Shown in pieces: positions 9,704 through 18,975 of a DNA stretch of 41,387 nucleotides. The notes beneath the pieces were generated by a model. That model saw only the letters and a list, made by a program, of their open reading frames with translations. It was not told the origin of the DNA and did not search any database. How positions within the stretch are numbered: the stretch's first letter is position 1; every line of letters begins with the position of its first letter. This stretch comes from an uncultured Methanospirillum sp. Its GTDB lineage: Archaea > Halobacteriota > Methanomicrobia > Methanomicrobiales > Methanospirillaceae. Made by a program: the position numbers and the translations under genes. The stretch is from contig CAZWTX010000023.1 of the NCBI GenBank assembly GCA_964637135.1, forward strand, positions 1 to 41,387, in the 5' to 3' direction.

Positions 9704-10717
9704 ATGCCATTTCTTTCCCGTGTATATACATCCTCCATTGATTCCCCGCTCTTCCTCGGAGTCCTCGCCAATACCATGCTCTCTACTGTTCCCGGTCTTT
9801 CCGGGGCCGGGCCGAACCCGGAGGGCTCCCTCCTTGTCCCGGTTCTAGATGCGGAGCTGATCACGAATGGCAGGATCACCAGTTGTGAGGCCACCCCGAA
9901 CACACCGAGCGGGTGTCCCACTCCCGCCTCGATAACACGGGCTGTTCTCGGACTTTCCGGTATTCCCGTACTCTTCATGAATGCCGGTCTCGTACATAAG
10001 CCGACCGTTCCCATGATCGATCTCTACACCCGGCCGGGCCAGGATCCCCGTGACGGTCCTGCCGTCCCTGACGCCGGAAATATCTATCTCCAGGGTGCCG
10101 GGATAGGAAAAACACTGGGCAGCTTTAGTAAGACTCTTGTCATCGGTGAATGCGTCCCCGGGGGAACGACAACCGCCCTCTGTCTCCTCCGGGCATTTGG
10201 GTACCATGCACGGGTGAGCAGTGCGGCGATTCACAGTCCGGTTCAGTTGAAGGAAGAAATTGTCGAAACGGTATTGGCACGGCTCGCACCAAAAAAAGGG
10301 ACTGATGCAATGGAAATCCTCTCAGAGACCGGAGATCCAATGATGGCAGCGGTTGCCGGGATAGCCTCGGCATACCCTGGTACGATATTCCTCGCCGGAG
10401 GCACACAGATGCTTGCAGTTGCTGCACTAATAAAAAAACTCTCCGGGAACGTCTGCGAGGTTGTCACTACCGTCTATGTGCGGGATGATCCTGCCGCGAA
10501 CAGTGAGGAACTGGCAGCAGAGATTGGTGTTCCGGTAACCTTCGTGGATCCGGGATTCGGGGAGATAGCACATTCAGGGCTGGTCAGGTACTGCATCGGA
10601 GAGGTAAAAGAGGGAATGGGATGCGGGGGGGCGATGTTCCTTGCGAACCGGCTCGGGTATACCCCCGAAGAGATCCGTACCGCCATTCTTTCATTCGTTA
10701 CTGGGTACTGTCCCTGA
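9704..10717 (+). CDS. cobT: Archaeal nicotinate-nucleotide-dimethylbenzimidazole phosphoribosyltransferase
   Basis: PGLSGAG, GCPTPA, GECVPGGTTTA, GDPM, LAGGTQM, VKEGMGCGG; divergent from cobS. Confidence 0.9.
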   Translation: MPFLSRVYTSSIDSPLFLGVLANTMLSTVPGLSGAGPNPEGSLLVPVLDAELITNGRITSCEATPNTPSGCPTPASITRAVLGLSGIPVLFMNAGLVHKPTVPMIDLYTRPGQDPRDGPAVPDAGNIYLQGAGIGKTLGSFSKTLVIGECVPGGTTTALCLLRAFGYHARVSSAAIHSPVQLKEEIVETVLARLAPKKGTDAMEILSETGDPMMAAVAGIASAYPGTIFLAGGTQMLAVAALIKKLSGNVCEVVTTVYVRDDPAANSEELAAEIGVPVTFVDPGFGEIAHSGLVRYCIGEVKEGMGCGGAMFLANRLGYTPEEIRTAILSFVTGYCP

Positions 10718-10753
10718 ATGCATATCATCTTATGCGTATAACGGTTGAGGCAG

Positions 10754-11308
10754 ATGCTCCCCATCTATGTGATCAATAACCATGGTCAGTTCAACCATCT
10801 CATCCTGCGGGCCATGCGGGATCTGGATATCGAAGCGAAACTGATTCCGAATACCACCGCTCCAGAGGAGATACGCGATACCGCAGATGGAATCATTCTT
10901 GGCGGCGGCCCGGATATCAGCCGGGCAGGGCGATGTGCCGAGTACCTTAATCTCGGAAAACCGGTTCTCGGAATCTGTCTCGGTCTTCATATCATTGCAT
11001 CTGCATTCGGCGGCGAGGTTGGACCGGGAAAGAAAGGAGGATACGGGGCAGTACAGGTACGGGTCACTGAACCGGGTGAGATCCTTGCGGGGTACCCAGA
11101 CGAGATGGATGTCTGGGCCTCACATGCAGATGAGGTGAACCGGCTTCCCGGGGGGTTTATCAGGCTTGCAACGTCTGAAATCTGTGAAAACGAAGCAATC
11201 AGACATGAAACGCTCCCGATCTTCGGGATCCAGTGGCACCCGGAAGTCAGTCATACCTTTGAGGGATACCGGGTATTTGAAAATTTCTTCGCATTCTGCA
11301 GACAATGA
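10754..11308 (+). CDS. guaAA: GMP synthase glutamine amidotransferase subunit A
   Basis: GQFNHLI, GGGP, GICLG (catalytic Cys), WASHAD, QWHPEV (His-Glu). Confidence 0.92.
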   Translation: MLPIYVINNHGQFNHLILRAMRDLDIEAKLIPNTTAPEEIRDTADGIILGGGPDISRAGRCAEYLNLGKPVLGICLGLHIIASAFGGEVGPGKKGGYGAVQVRVTEPGEILAGYPDEMDVWASHADEVNRLPGGFIRLATSEICENEAIRHETLPIFGIQWHPEVSHTFEGYRVFENFFAFCRQ

Positions 11309-11850
11309 TCATTCCTGACATCCGGATAGTTACGGAATCAGTGGCCAGGGTAGGATTCAGCTGTACCGGCTGTGCCTGTTGTTGTACTGAAATTGAACCG
11401 GGATCAAACATTGTAATGGTCAACCGCCAGGAGATCAGGGAGATCACCAGAACAACAGGAATGATGCATGATGAGATCGCTGAACCCTACCCAGGACGGA
11501 TCACCTGCGGGGAGCAGACATTCACCTTCGGGTGGGCGATACGGCGTGCGGAAGGGAGATGCATCTTTTTACACGGGAACAGGTGTGCAATCTATGAAAG
11601 CCGCCCGTGGATCTGCAGGACATACCCTTTCATGATCAGCGGGGCAACAGTGGTACTCTCTGAATGCCAGGGGGCAGGAACAGTCGTTCCTACGCCAGGA
11701 GCAGAAGATATCGCTGCCGATCTCATTGCCAGGGCTCTTGCAGAAGCAGAAGAAGAGGATAAAATAGAGGAAATAATGCAGAAAATACAAATTCCAAGCG
11801 GAAAATCTGTGGTTATCGACAGCGAAGGAATGGTTGAGATCAATGGGTGA
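11305..11850 (+). CDS. YkgJ-family cysteine-cluster (Fe-S/Zn) protein
   Basis: FSCTGCACCC ... CIFL ... CAIYESRPWICRTYPF. Confidence 0.88.
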   Translation: MIIPDIRIVTESVARVGFSCTGCACCCTEIEPGSNIVMVNRQEIREITRTTGMMHDEIAEPYPGRITCGEQTFTFGWAIRRAEGRCIFLHGNRCAIYESRPWICRTYPFMISGATVVLSECQGAGTVVPTPGAEDIAADLIARALAEAEEEDKIEEIMQKIQIPSGKSVVIDSEGMVEING

Positions 11851-13048
11851 GGTCAGGATCATCGGGACGGCCCACGTCTCTCAGGAGAGCGTCGACGAAG
11901 TAACAGTCGCGATTGAAGAGTGGCAGCCTGACGTGGTGGCCATTGAGCTTGATCAGGGCCGGTACCTCGGGCTGAAAAAGCAGTTGAAAAATCCCGAGAT
12001 CGAGGAGATCCTCGAATCGAAGAACTTCACCCAGATGCTGATACAGTGGATTCTTGCCTATATCCAGCGTCGTATCGGGATGGATGTGGGGGTTGAACCG
12101 GGCGCCGAGATGAAGGCTGCAATCGCCGTTGCAGAAGAGAAAGGAATTCAGGTAGCCCTCATCGACCGGGACATCAGGATGACCCTTCACCGGTTCTGGC
12201 ACTCGATGTCAATCTTCGAGAAACTGAAGATGATCTACTCACTCTCCGGTTCCCTGATCATGGCAGACAAGGCAGCTGACATGATCGATATCGAGGAACT
12301 GAAGAAAGAGGACATGGTTACGGCCGCAATGGACGAGTTTCACCGGTTCTCACCTCGCGGCGCATACGCACTGATATCAGAGCGCGATGCGTACATGGCC
12401 CATCACCTCGTACGGCTCAGATCTACCCACGAACGGACACTTGCCGTAGTCGGGGCCGGTCACCGGAAAGGGATAGAAGGGTACCTCGCCAATCCGTCCA
12501 CTCTCCCCCCCATGGAGAATCTGGTCAGCCAGATTAAAACGAGGCCATGGGGCCTGATCATCGGAATCTTCGTGATGGCCATCTTTGTCCTGCTAATTGC
12601 CGCGATCATATTCTCCGGGGTCGGGACCGAGGTACTGCTCATGGCCCTGATATACTGGGTTCTCATCCACGGGGTCCTGACCTTTGTCTTTACCATTCTT
12701 GCCGGCGGTCATCCACTCTCCGGGCTTGTCGGGTTTGCTATCTCTCCGCTTTCATCGCTGCATCCACTGGTTGCTGCAGGATGGTTCTCGGCAATCGTAG
12801 AAGCAAAAATCCGCAATCCGAAGCCTTCCGACATAAAAAAGATCATGAACGCAGAATCTTTCAATGAGATGCGGGCTGTGCCGCTCTTCAAGGTGGTATT
12901 TGTTGCAGCTCTTGCAAATGTCGGAAGCAGTATCGGGACATTCGCCTATTTCATCTTCATCTTCCCCATTCTCGGCATCGATCCATCAGTTCTGCTTGTG
13001 GACGGATTTACCAATATGTGGCACGCGATAACCGGGCTCTTCACGTGA
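11843..13048 (+). CDS. TraB/GumN (Tiki-like) family membrane protein
   Basis: GTAHVS, ELDQGR, PGAEM, DRDI, ERDAYMA, VVGAGH; C-terminal TM helices. Confidence 0.9.
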   Translation: MGEVRIIGTAHVSQESVDEVTVAIEEWQPDVVAIELDQGRYLGLKKQLKNPEIEEILESKNFTQMLIQWILAYIQRRIGMDVGVEPGAEMKAAIAVAEEKGIQVALIDRDIRMTLHRFWHSMSIFEKLKMIYSLSGSLIMADKAADMIDIEELKKEDMVTAAMDEFHRFSPRGAYALISERDAYMAHHLVRLRSTHERTLAVVGAGHRKGIEGYLANPSTLPPMENLVSQIKTRPWGLIIGIFVMAIFVLLIAAIIFSGVGTEVLLMALIYWVLIHGVLTFVFTILAGGHPLSGLVGFAISPLSSLHPLVAAGWFSAIVEAKIRNPKPSDIKKIMNAESFNEMRAVPLFKVVFVAALANVGSSIGTFAYFIFIFPILGIDPSVLLVDGFTNMWHAITGLFT

Positions 13049-13099
13049 TATGAATCCTTTTTTTTCTCTTCTCCATCTCCTCGCCTGGAGGAAGTCCTG

Positions 13100-13789
13100 A
13101 TGCGGTGTGCAGCCCTCCTTTCCGGGGGAAAGGACTCAGTTGCCGCATCCTGGAAAGCCCTGCAGGCCGGTGAGGAGATATCCTGTTTCATCACGATCAG
13201 ATCGGAGAACCCGGAGAGTTACATGTTTCATACGCCGAATATCCTGCTGACAAGGCTTCAGGCACAGGCAGCAGGTATCCCCCTCATTGAATATGAAACA
13301 AAGGGCATTGCCGAAGATGAACTCCTCGATCTCGGGAATGCTATTGCCAGTGCACGGCAACGTTTTGGGATTGAGGGGGTGATCACCGGTGCGATCAGAT
13401 CGGTATACCAGGCAGCACGAATTGAGCGAATCTGCCATGCACAGGGATTGTGGTGTTTCTCCCCACTCTGGCTCTGTAATGAAGAAGATTACCTTCATGA
13501 GCTGGTGCAGGCGGGTTTTGAGATACTCATCGTCGGGGTTTTTGCCGGACCGCTCACCGAGGAATGGCTCGGGAAACAGATCGATGATCCGGCCATCAAC
13601 CGGTTACTCGATATGAGGAACCGGTTCGGTGTATCGGTAGCCGGTGAGGGGGGCGAGTATGAATCGTTCGTCATGGCCGCTCCGTTCTTCCGCCGTCGGA
13701 TCGTCATCACCCGCGGGGAGGGATCATTTCACCGCGATAGCGGGATATACACGATCCACGAGGCCTGTCTGGAGGGACCAGTACCATGA
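13100..13789 (+). CDS. dph6: Diphthine-ammonia ligase (Dph6-family PP-loop ATPase)
   Basis: SGGKDS PP-loop, SYMFHTPN, GAIRSVYQ, PLW, GEGGEYES. Confidence 0.88.
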   Translation: MRCAALLSGGKDSVAASWKALQAGEEISCFITIRSENPESYMFHTPNILLTRLQAQAAGIPLIEYETKGIAEDELLDLGNAIASARQRFGIEGVITGAIRSVYQAARIERICHAQGLWCFSPLWLCNEEDYLHELVQAGFEILIVGVFAGPLTEEWLGKQIDDPAINRLLDMRNRFGVSVAGEGGEYESFVMAAPFFRRRIVITRGEGSFHRDSGIYTIHEACLEGPVP

Positions 13790-14346
13790 TACTCGTTCTC
13801 GACCTGACTTCGCCCAATCATCCGCTCCTGGTCAGTGAGTTCGTCAGGCCGGTGACAGAGATCATCCGGGAAGCAGGATACCAACCGGTTTGCAGGCGTA
13901 TAGAGGAACCGGTCCCTGCAGGAATCACGGCATGCATCATCTGTGGAACAGCCCTTGCAGACAACTGGTATCTCGATCAATGTCTTCCGGAGTCGCTTCT
14001 TTCGGCGCATATCAGGATCCTTGGAATCTGTGCAGGAATGCACCTCCTCCTCAAAGCGTGCGGCGGTCAGGTTATTCCTTCAGCAGAAATCGGGATGATT
14101 CCGATCCGATGCAGGACCGGAGATCCCCTTCTGTCAGGAAGGCAGGAATTTTCAGGGTATGCCCTACACTCTTTCAGCGTGAAACTTCCTGATGGATGGG
14201 AGGTCCTGGCCAGTTCAGATTCATCCATACAAATAGTCCGTTCACTGGAAAATCCGTGGTATGGCATCCTTTTCCACCCGGAAGTCAGAAACGAATGGAT
14301 CATTGAGCGTTTCTGCCGCTCGGATCCAATACCCGGCGGGATTTGA
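13786..14346 (+). CDS. Class I glutamine amidotransferase, standalone
   Basis: LGICAG nucleophile elbow and FHPE His-Glu; ATGA overlap with dph6. Confidence 0.85.
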   Translation: MILVLDLTSPNHPLLVSEFVRPVTEIIREAGYQPVCRRIEEPVPAGITACIICGTALADNWYLDQCLPESLLSAHIRILGICAGMHLLLKACGGQVIPSAEIGMIPIRCRTGDPLLSGRQEFSGYALHSFSVKLPDGWEVLASSDSSIQIVRSLENPWYGILFHPEVRNEWIIERFCRSDPIPGGI

Positions 14347-14444
14347 CCGGCGGCGGAAAAGACCGGGGAGCGATAACCCGCACCATCATCAGTGATCGCA
14401 TACACCTGTATATATGACCGGAATATGTTCTGGTCATGTAGGGG

Positions 14445-15509
14445 GTGGAGATGTATACCATCAGGTGGTACCGGATCTTTGATACCGGAAAAGAGATTGA
14501 TCTGGTCAGACTTGAAGAGACACTAGCTGCAAGCCTGAATACTGCCAGGGCAGGATTCGTCAGGGTTGATCCTAAATCCATGTCAATGGAGGTTCCACCG
14601 GTCCTGCTCAGGCTTGATCCGATATACCTTGAGAAAAGTGGCAGGGAATTCACATTCAATTCCTTTGCCAAGTTGTACGATATCGGTGCAATCAGCATCT
14701 GTTTTGCCTTTGAAAACAGGGATTCTGACGATGATATCGAAGAAACCGCACTGCTCTTTGCCGGACAGGAGGGATTATCCGATCATTTCCTTGCAGCACT
14801 GGAATACCTGAAGGGCATTCTCAGTACCCAGAATCCAAACCTTGCAATTGATCCGGATTTTTTTGAGGATTACACCATCTACACCACAGACCGGATGGAA
14901 GGTCCCTATGATCCGGTGGTTCTTCTCACCGGTGAGAAGGTGCATTTCAGCCAGCAGACAAGAGATGAGGTGCTGAAAAATGCTCTCAGCTATGCAATTG
15001 ACGATCGTTCTGTCCTCAGCTGGGACAGTGCCCTTCTCATCAGCCCGGATATCCCGCATGACATCATCGATCTCATCGAATTTGCCAACGTGGAAGTGTT
15101 TGAGCTCAGATACTATGACCGGGAACTCTCCCGGCTCATGGAAAAGATGTATATCGACATCGAATCGGCAGATCGGCTCAGCCGGATCCTGAGAATGCAG
15201 AAGTATCACCTGATTATGGCGAGCCTCATGGAGTCATACGCCGAGATATCGGAGGTTACCGAGAAGATCAACAACCTGATCAAGATTACCGAGGATATCT
15301 ATTATGCCAGGGTGTATGCCGTTGCCCTGAAAGTACTCAGAAGCGGTCAGTGGACCGAAAGCGTTGACCGGCGGATAGAGGTGATACAACGCAATTACGC
15401 TATGTTAAGTGATGAAGTGAACATTCAGCACTCAAACTTCCTTGAATGGATCATCATCATCCTGATCGCCCTTGAGTTCGTCTTTGCGATCTGGCAGAGT
15501 CTCAGATAG
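14445..15509 (+). CDS. RMD1/DUF155-like protein with C-terminal membrane helix
   Basis: YDIGAISI, ELRYYD, DIYYARVY, terminal LEWIIIILIALE. Start is GTG 14445 or ATG 14451. Confidence 0.65.
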   Translation: MEMYTIRWYRIFDTGKEIDLVRLEETLAASLNTARAGFVRVDPKSMSMEVPPVLLRLDPIYLEKSGREFTFNSFAKLYDIGAISICFAFENRDSDDDIEETALLFAGQEGLSDHFLAALEYLKGILSTQNPNLAIDPDFFEDYTIYTTDRMEGPYDPVVLLTGEKVHFSQQTRDEVLKNALSYAIDDRSVLSWDSALLISPDIPHDIIDLIEFANVEVFELRYYDRELSRLMEKMYIDIESADRLSRILRMQKYHLIMASLMESYAEISEVTEKINNLIKITEDIYYARVYAVALKVLRSGQWTESVDRRIEVIQRNYAMLSDEVNIQHSNFLEWIIIILIALEFVFAIWQSLR

Positions 15510-15558
15510 GATTTTTCGGGGTCAGGTTATGACCCCGCATCCGGTACCGTATCTTACT

Positions 15559-16041
15559 TTATTGAAGAGTGACATTAAACCCATCGCGTTCAACGACCCT
15601 CGTCTCATTCACCGGAACGGGTACCTGGATACCGAGTATGTTCACCAGGGCTGTACCAGTGACCTGTACCGGGAGTTTCTGATCAATGAGCAGGGCAAGA
15701 GTTGATCTTCCGATCCCGGTGGTCCTGATTGAAACTGGGATGGTTACAGGTGTTGTTTGCATTGCCGGCAGGGATAAAGAATCACGGTGGACATCGGCAA
15801 TAAGAAACCGGTTTTCTCCCGTTCCGCCGTACACTGAGAGATCCAGGCTTGAAAGTATACCACCAAGGAGATACGGATTTGTCACGTCGAAGACGAGATC
15901 GGCATTGATAGCAGCAAGGGAGAGATCAGAGAAGGAAACATCTTTGAGTGCTATACCGGGCTGCAGAGTGGCCTGCCAGCCTGCGATCAGAACCAGGGTG
16001 AGAATCAGACCGGCAAGCAGATATTTTTTGTCCATACCCAT
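15559..16041 (-). CDS. LEA_2/WHy-domain membrane-anchored protein
   Basis: N-terminal hydrophobic anchor, VTNPY motif, beta-rich pattern. Confidence 0.7.
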   Translation of the reverse strand: MGMDKKYLLAGLILTLVLIAGWQATLQPGIALKDVSFSDLSLAAINADLVFDVTNPYLLGGILSSLDLSVYGGTGENRFLIADVHRDSLSLPAMQTTPVTIPVSIRTTGIGRSTLALLIDQKLPVQVTGTALVNILGIQVPVPVNETRVVERDGFNVTLQ

Positions 16042-16177
16042 ATCTCATCCGGATACTATTATACCCGATCTTTTACCGAAGAAATAATTGGAAATGTGGA
16101 TCCCCCGGGGACAGCCCTGATCAGGTCTCTCACCGGTGCCATCTTATTTGATCAGGCAGAACGGGTACCAGGATTGT

Positions 16178-17206
16178 ATGACCAAAAGGGGAGAGGAGAT
16201 ACAAGGAAACGGTAAAGAGGCTTCGGAGGTTTCTGGTATCGGGAAAACGGTCCAGCTTCACAAGAACCGGTATCATAATCTCCGTACGACAACACGCCGG
16301 CTTCTTGTCGATGTCCCATTCGGCGGGCCGGTGGTCGTCAGGATCCAGCTGGCCATCTTTCTCGTTATCCTCCTCAATTCCCTCATGGTTATCCTCATCA
16401 CCGTTCCCTCGATCCGCGACAGTGCCGGTCTGGTGATCAATGATATCATTTCAGTGACCCTCCTCGTGTTTGCCATAGAGTACCTGCTCAGGCTCTGGTC
16501 ATGTGCTTCCGGAGATACCCTGTTCGAACGAACCAGGGAACGACTGAGATTTATGATCGAGCCATATGCGATTATTGACCTGATAGCTATTCTCCCGGTC
16601 TTTCTCCCGTTCATCTTTCCGGCAGATATCACCATTATCAGGCTGGTCAGGCTTCTTTCAGTGTTCAAGTTCATGAGATATGCACGCCATGCAGAATCCC
16701 TGAATCAATTAAGGAGAATACTGGTCAGAAAACAGGAGATTTTCGCAATAATGGTTTTTTTCCTTGTGTACATCCTCCTCTTTTCCTCAACGATCATGTA
16801 TGTCATTGAAAACCATGCACAGCCGGATAAATTCAGCTCTATACCGGATGCCATGTGGTGGGCCATCATGACTGTAACGACTGTCGGATATGGAGATATC
16901 ATCCCGGTAACGCCACTTGGCCGTATTATCGGAAGTCTATTCACCGTCGCCGGGGTCATGATCCTGGCTCTTCCCTCTGCAATCCTCGCATCGGGATTCA
17001 TTGAGGAGCGGACAAAAAAGGAGACCGCAAGACGGGATCAACAATCATCCTCAGTTAAAGAGGTGGTCGCGAAGATTACCCTGTTGGAGCGGATCCATTC
17101 CCTCCGTGAAAAAGGAGTCATCACGGCTGAGGAAGAGCGGGAGTTTGTCCAGAAATTGCGGGAACATCAGGAAGATACCGTTCAGGTAATTCATGAAAAC
17201 TCCTGA
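16178..17206 (+). CDS. Voltage-gated 6TM potassium channel with C-terminal SHOCT-like segment
   Basis: S4 RLVRLLSVFKFMRYAR, selectivity filter TVTTVGYGD, IDLIAILP. Start ATG 16178 preferred. Confidence 0.92.
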   Translation: MTKRGEEIQGNGKEASEVSGIGKTVQLHKNRYHNLRTTTRRLLVDVPFGGPVVVRIQLAIFLVILLNSLMVILITVPSIRDSAGLVINDIISVTLLVFAIEYLLRLWSCASGDTLFERTRERLRFMIEPYAIIDLIAILPVFLPFIFPADITIIRLVRLLSVFKFMRYARHAESLNQLRRILVRKQEIFAIMVFFLVYILLFSSTIMYVIENHAQPDKFSSIPDAMWWAIMTVTTVGYGDIIPVTPLGRIIGSLFTVAGVMILALPSAILASGFIEERTKKETARRDQQSSSVKEVVAKITLLERIHSLREKGVITAEEEREFVQKLREHQEDTVQVIHENS

Positions 17207-17317
17207 AACGATTATACACATTCACTTCGCCTGTAAAGGAATCTCATGGACAGGGTAACGGTGAACTCCCGGATTCCAGGGCACAGGAGAGATGTTTTCC
17301 GGTCATTTGAGCCGGCA

Positions 17318-18514
17318 CTATATCCGCATCGTCTCCCCATGCTGGGATATATCGAGTCCGACGTATTCCTCCTCTTCTGATACTCTCAAACCCATGATAT
17401 GGTCAACGATAAGGGCAATTATCCAGGTTCCAATGAAAGAATAAGCAAGAATTGTGAATGCGGCTCCTGCCTGCCAGATCAGTTGCTGGAAAGAGCCATG
17501 GAGAAGACCATTAATACCCCCAACGGTGGCCGAAGCAAATATTCCCACAGAGATGGTTCCAAAAAGACCTGCCGTCCCATGGATCGCCCAGGCATCTAAG
17601 CTCTCATCCCATGCCTGGGAGAGACGGAACACCAATGCATAATAACAGAGAATGCCAGAAACCAGTCCGATAATAACTGCTTCCATCGGTCCGACAAAAC
17701 CGGCAGCAGGTGTTATCGCTCCAAGCCCGGCTATAGTTCCCGATATCATGGAGAGAGAACTTGGTTTCCCATAAAACCATGAAATGGCAAGGTATGAGAA
17801 CGTACCAGCTGCGGCAGAAATATTGGTCACAACGAAAGCATTAATCGCCGTTGCATTGACGCCCAGTGCAGACCCGGCATTGAATCCAAACCATCCGAAC
17901 CAGAGAATTGCTCCACCCAGGAGCGTTATCGGGATATTGTAGGGAGAGAGGGTATACTCACCGAAACCCCGTCTTTTCCCAATAACGAAGGCAAGGGCGA
18001 GAGCTGAAAAACCTGCACATATGTGAACCACGATCCCTCCGGCAAAATCGACCGCTCCCATCTGTTGTGCCCACCCCCCTCCCCAAACCCAGTGTGCAAC
18101 CGGGTTGTAAATCAGAGTCGTCCAGACAATCCCGAAAACAAGGAACGAGGAGAGTTTTATCCGTTCTGCAACTGCGGATGTTACAATAGCGAGGGTAATG
18201 GCAGAAAAAGACATCTGAAAGATCATGAAGACCATTTCTGGCAGGCCGTCCCCTTCGTACCCAACCCCATTCAGGCAGATTTTATCGGGTGAACCGATTA
18301 TTCCGGCAATATCAGCACCGAATGAAAGTGAATACCCTAGAAAGACCCACTGGAGTGAGACCAGGGCAAATGAGATGAACGACAGGGTAACCATGGAGAT
18401 GATGTTTTTCCGGTGAACAAGGCCTGCGTAGAAGAAACCGACTCCGAATGTCATGAAAATAACAAGAGTCGTACAGATGAGCACAAATGCAGTGTCAACA
18501 GTATTGAATGCCAT
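17318..18514 (-). CDS. amt: Ammonium transporter
   Basis: FFYAGLV, AERIK, DFAGGIVVH, WFGWFGFNAGS, AIHG, EEYVGLDISQHGE. Confidence 0.96.
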   Translation of the reverse strand: MAFNTVDTAFVLICTTLVIFMTFGVGFFYAGLVHRKNIISMVTLSFISFALVSLQWVFLGYSLSFGADIAGIIGSPDKICLNGVGYEGDGLPEMVFMIFQMSFSAITLAIVTSAVAERIKLSSFLVFGIVWTTLIYNPVAHWVWGGGWAQQMGAVDFAGGIVVHICAGFSALALAFVIGKRRGFGEYTLSPYNIPITLLGGAILWFGWFGFNAGSALGVNATAINAFVVTNISAAAGTFSYLAISWFYGKPSSLSMISGTIAGLGAITPAAGFVGPMEAVIIGLVSGILCYYALVFRLSQAWDESLDAWAIHGTAGLFGTISVGIFASATVGGINGLLHGSFQQLIWQAGAAFTILAYSFIGTWIIALIVDHIMGLRVSEEEEYVGLDISQHGETMRI

Positions 18515-18547
18515 ATGAGAACCTGCTATACGGATCAGACAATTTCA

Positions 18548-18574
18548 TAGAAGTTCTTTTCTACCACATATAAA
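18548..18574 (-). promoter_or_regulatory. amt promoter: TATA box plus NrpR-like palindrome
   Basis: Minus-strand TTTATATG at 18574-18567, followed by the palindrome TAGAA-N6-TTCTA at 18548-18563. Confidence 0.5.
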
Positions 18575-18798
18575 TGGATGCCCCCATACACCATTTTTCA
18601 CAACCAACACAACGCTTACCGGACTGAATTTCATTTCACGGAAAAACCCTGGACGGACTATCTCCTGAAACAAAATAGAGGAGGTATGCCACCACAGGAT
18701 TACCAGATCAAGGTCTCCCATGGGAAGGAATCGAATCCGCATTCGATCAGTATCCATTTTCCTGGACGATGGTATGATATCAGAGTAAATGGTAAACC

Positions 18799-18898
18799 TG
18801 GCTCAATTGACATCCTTCCGGTTGATTTTGATAGTGAAGGCATTTACGTCATTATTATTATTGATCAGGATATTTTGTAGAGGATGTCAACTGAGCCA
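18799..18898. repeat. 100-bp fold-back element with 18-bp terminal inverted repeats
   Basis: TGGCTCAATTGACATCCT (18799-18816) versus AGGATGTCAACTGAGCCA (18881-18898); 17 of 18 positions complementary. Confidence 0.8.
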
Positions 18899-18975
18899 AA
18901 AACATACTTTTTTCTCGTGGTTGGTCAGGAAAACTAGGTACTTATTGTGCTATCAGGGATAATTCTCGGTAGTAT

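Noticed and set aside
18578..18880. 100-aa ORF upstream of amt, or a possible glnK
   Set aside because: No P-II motifs in the frames I read; it runs through the amt upstream region and the fold-back element; the GGAGG is too close to the internal ATG.
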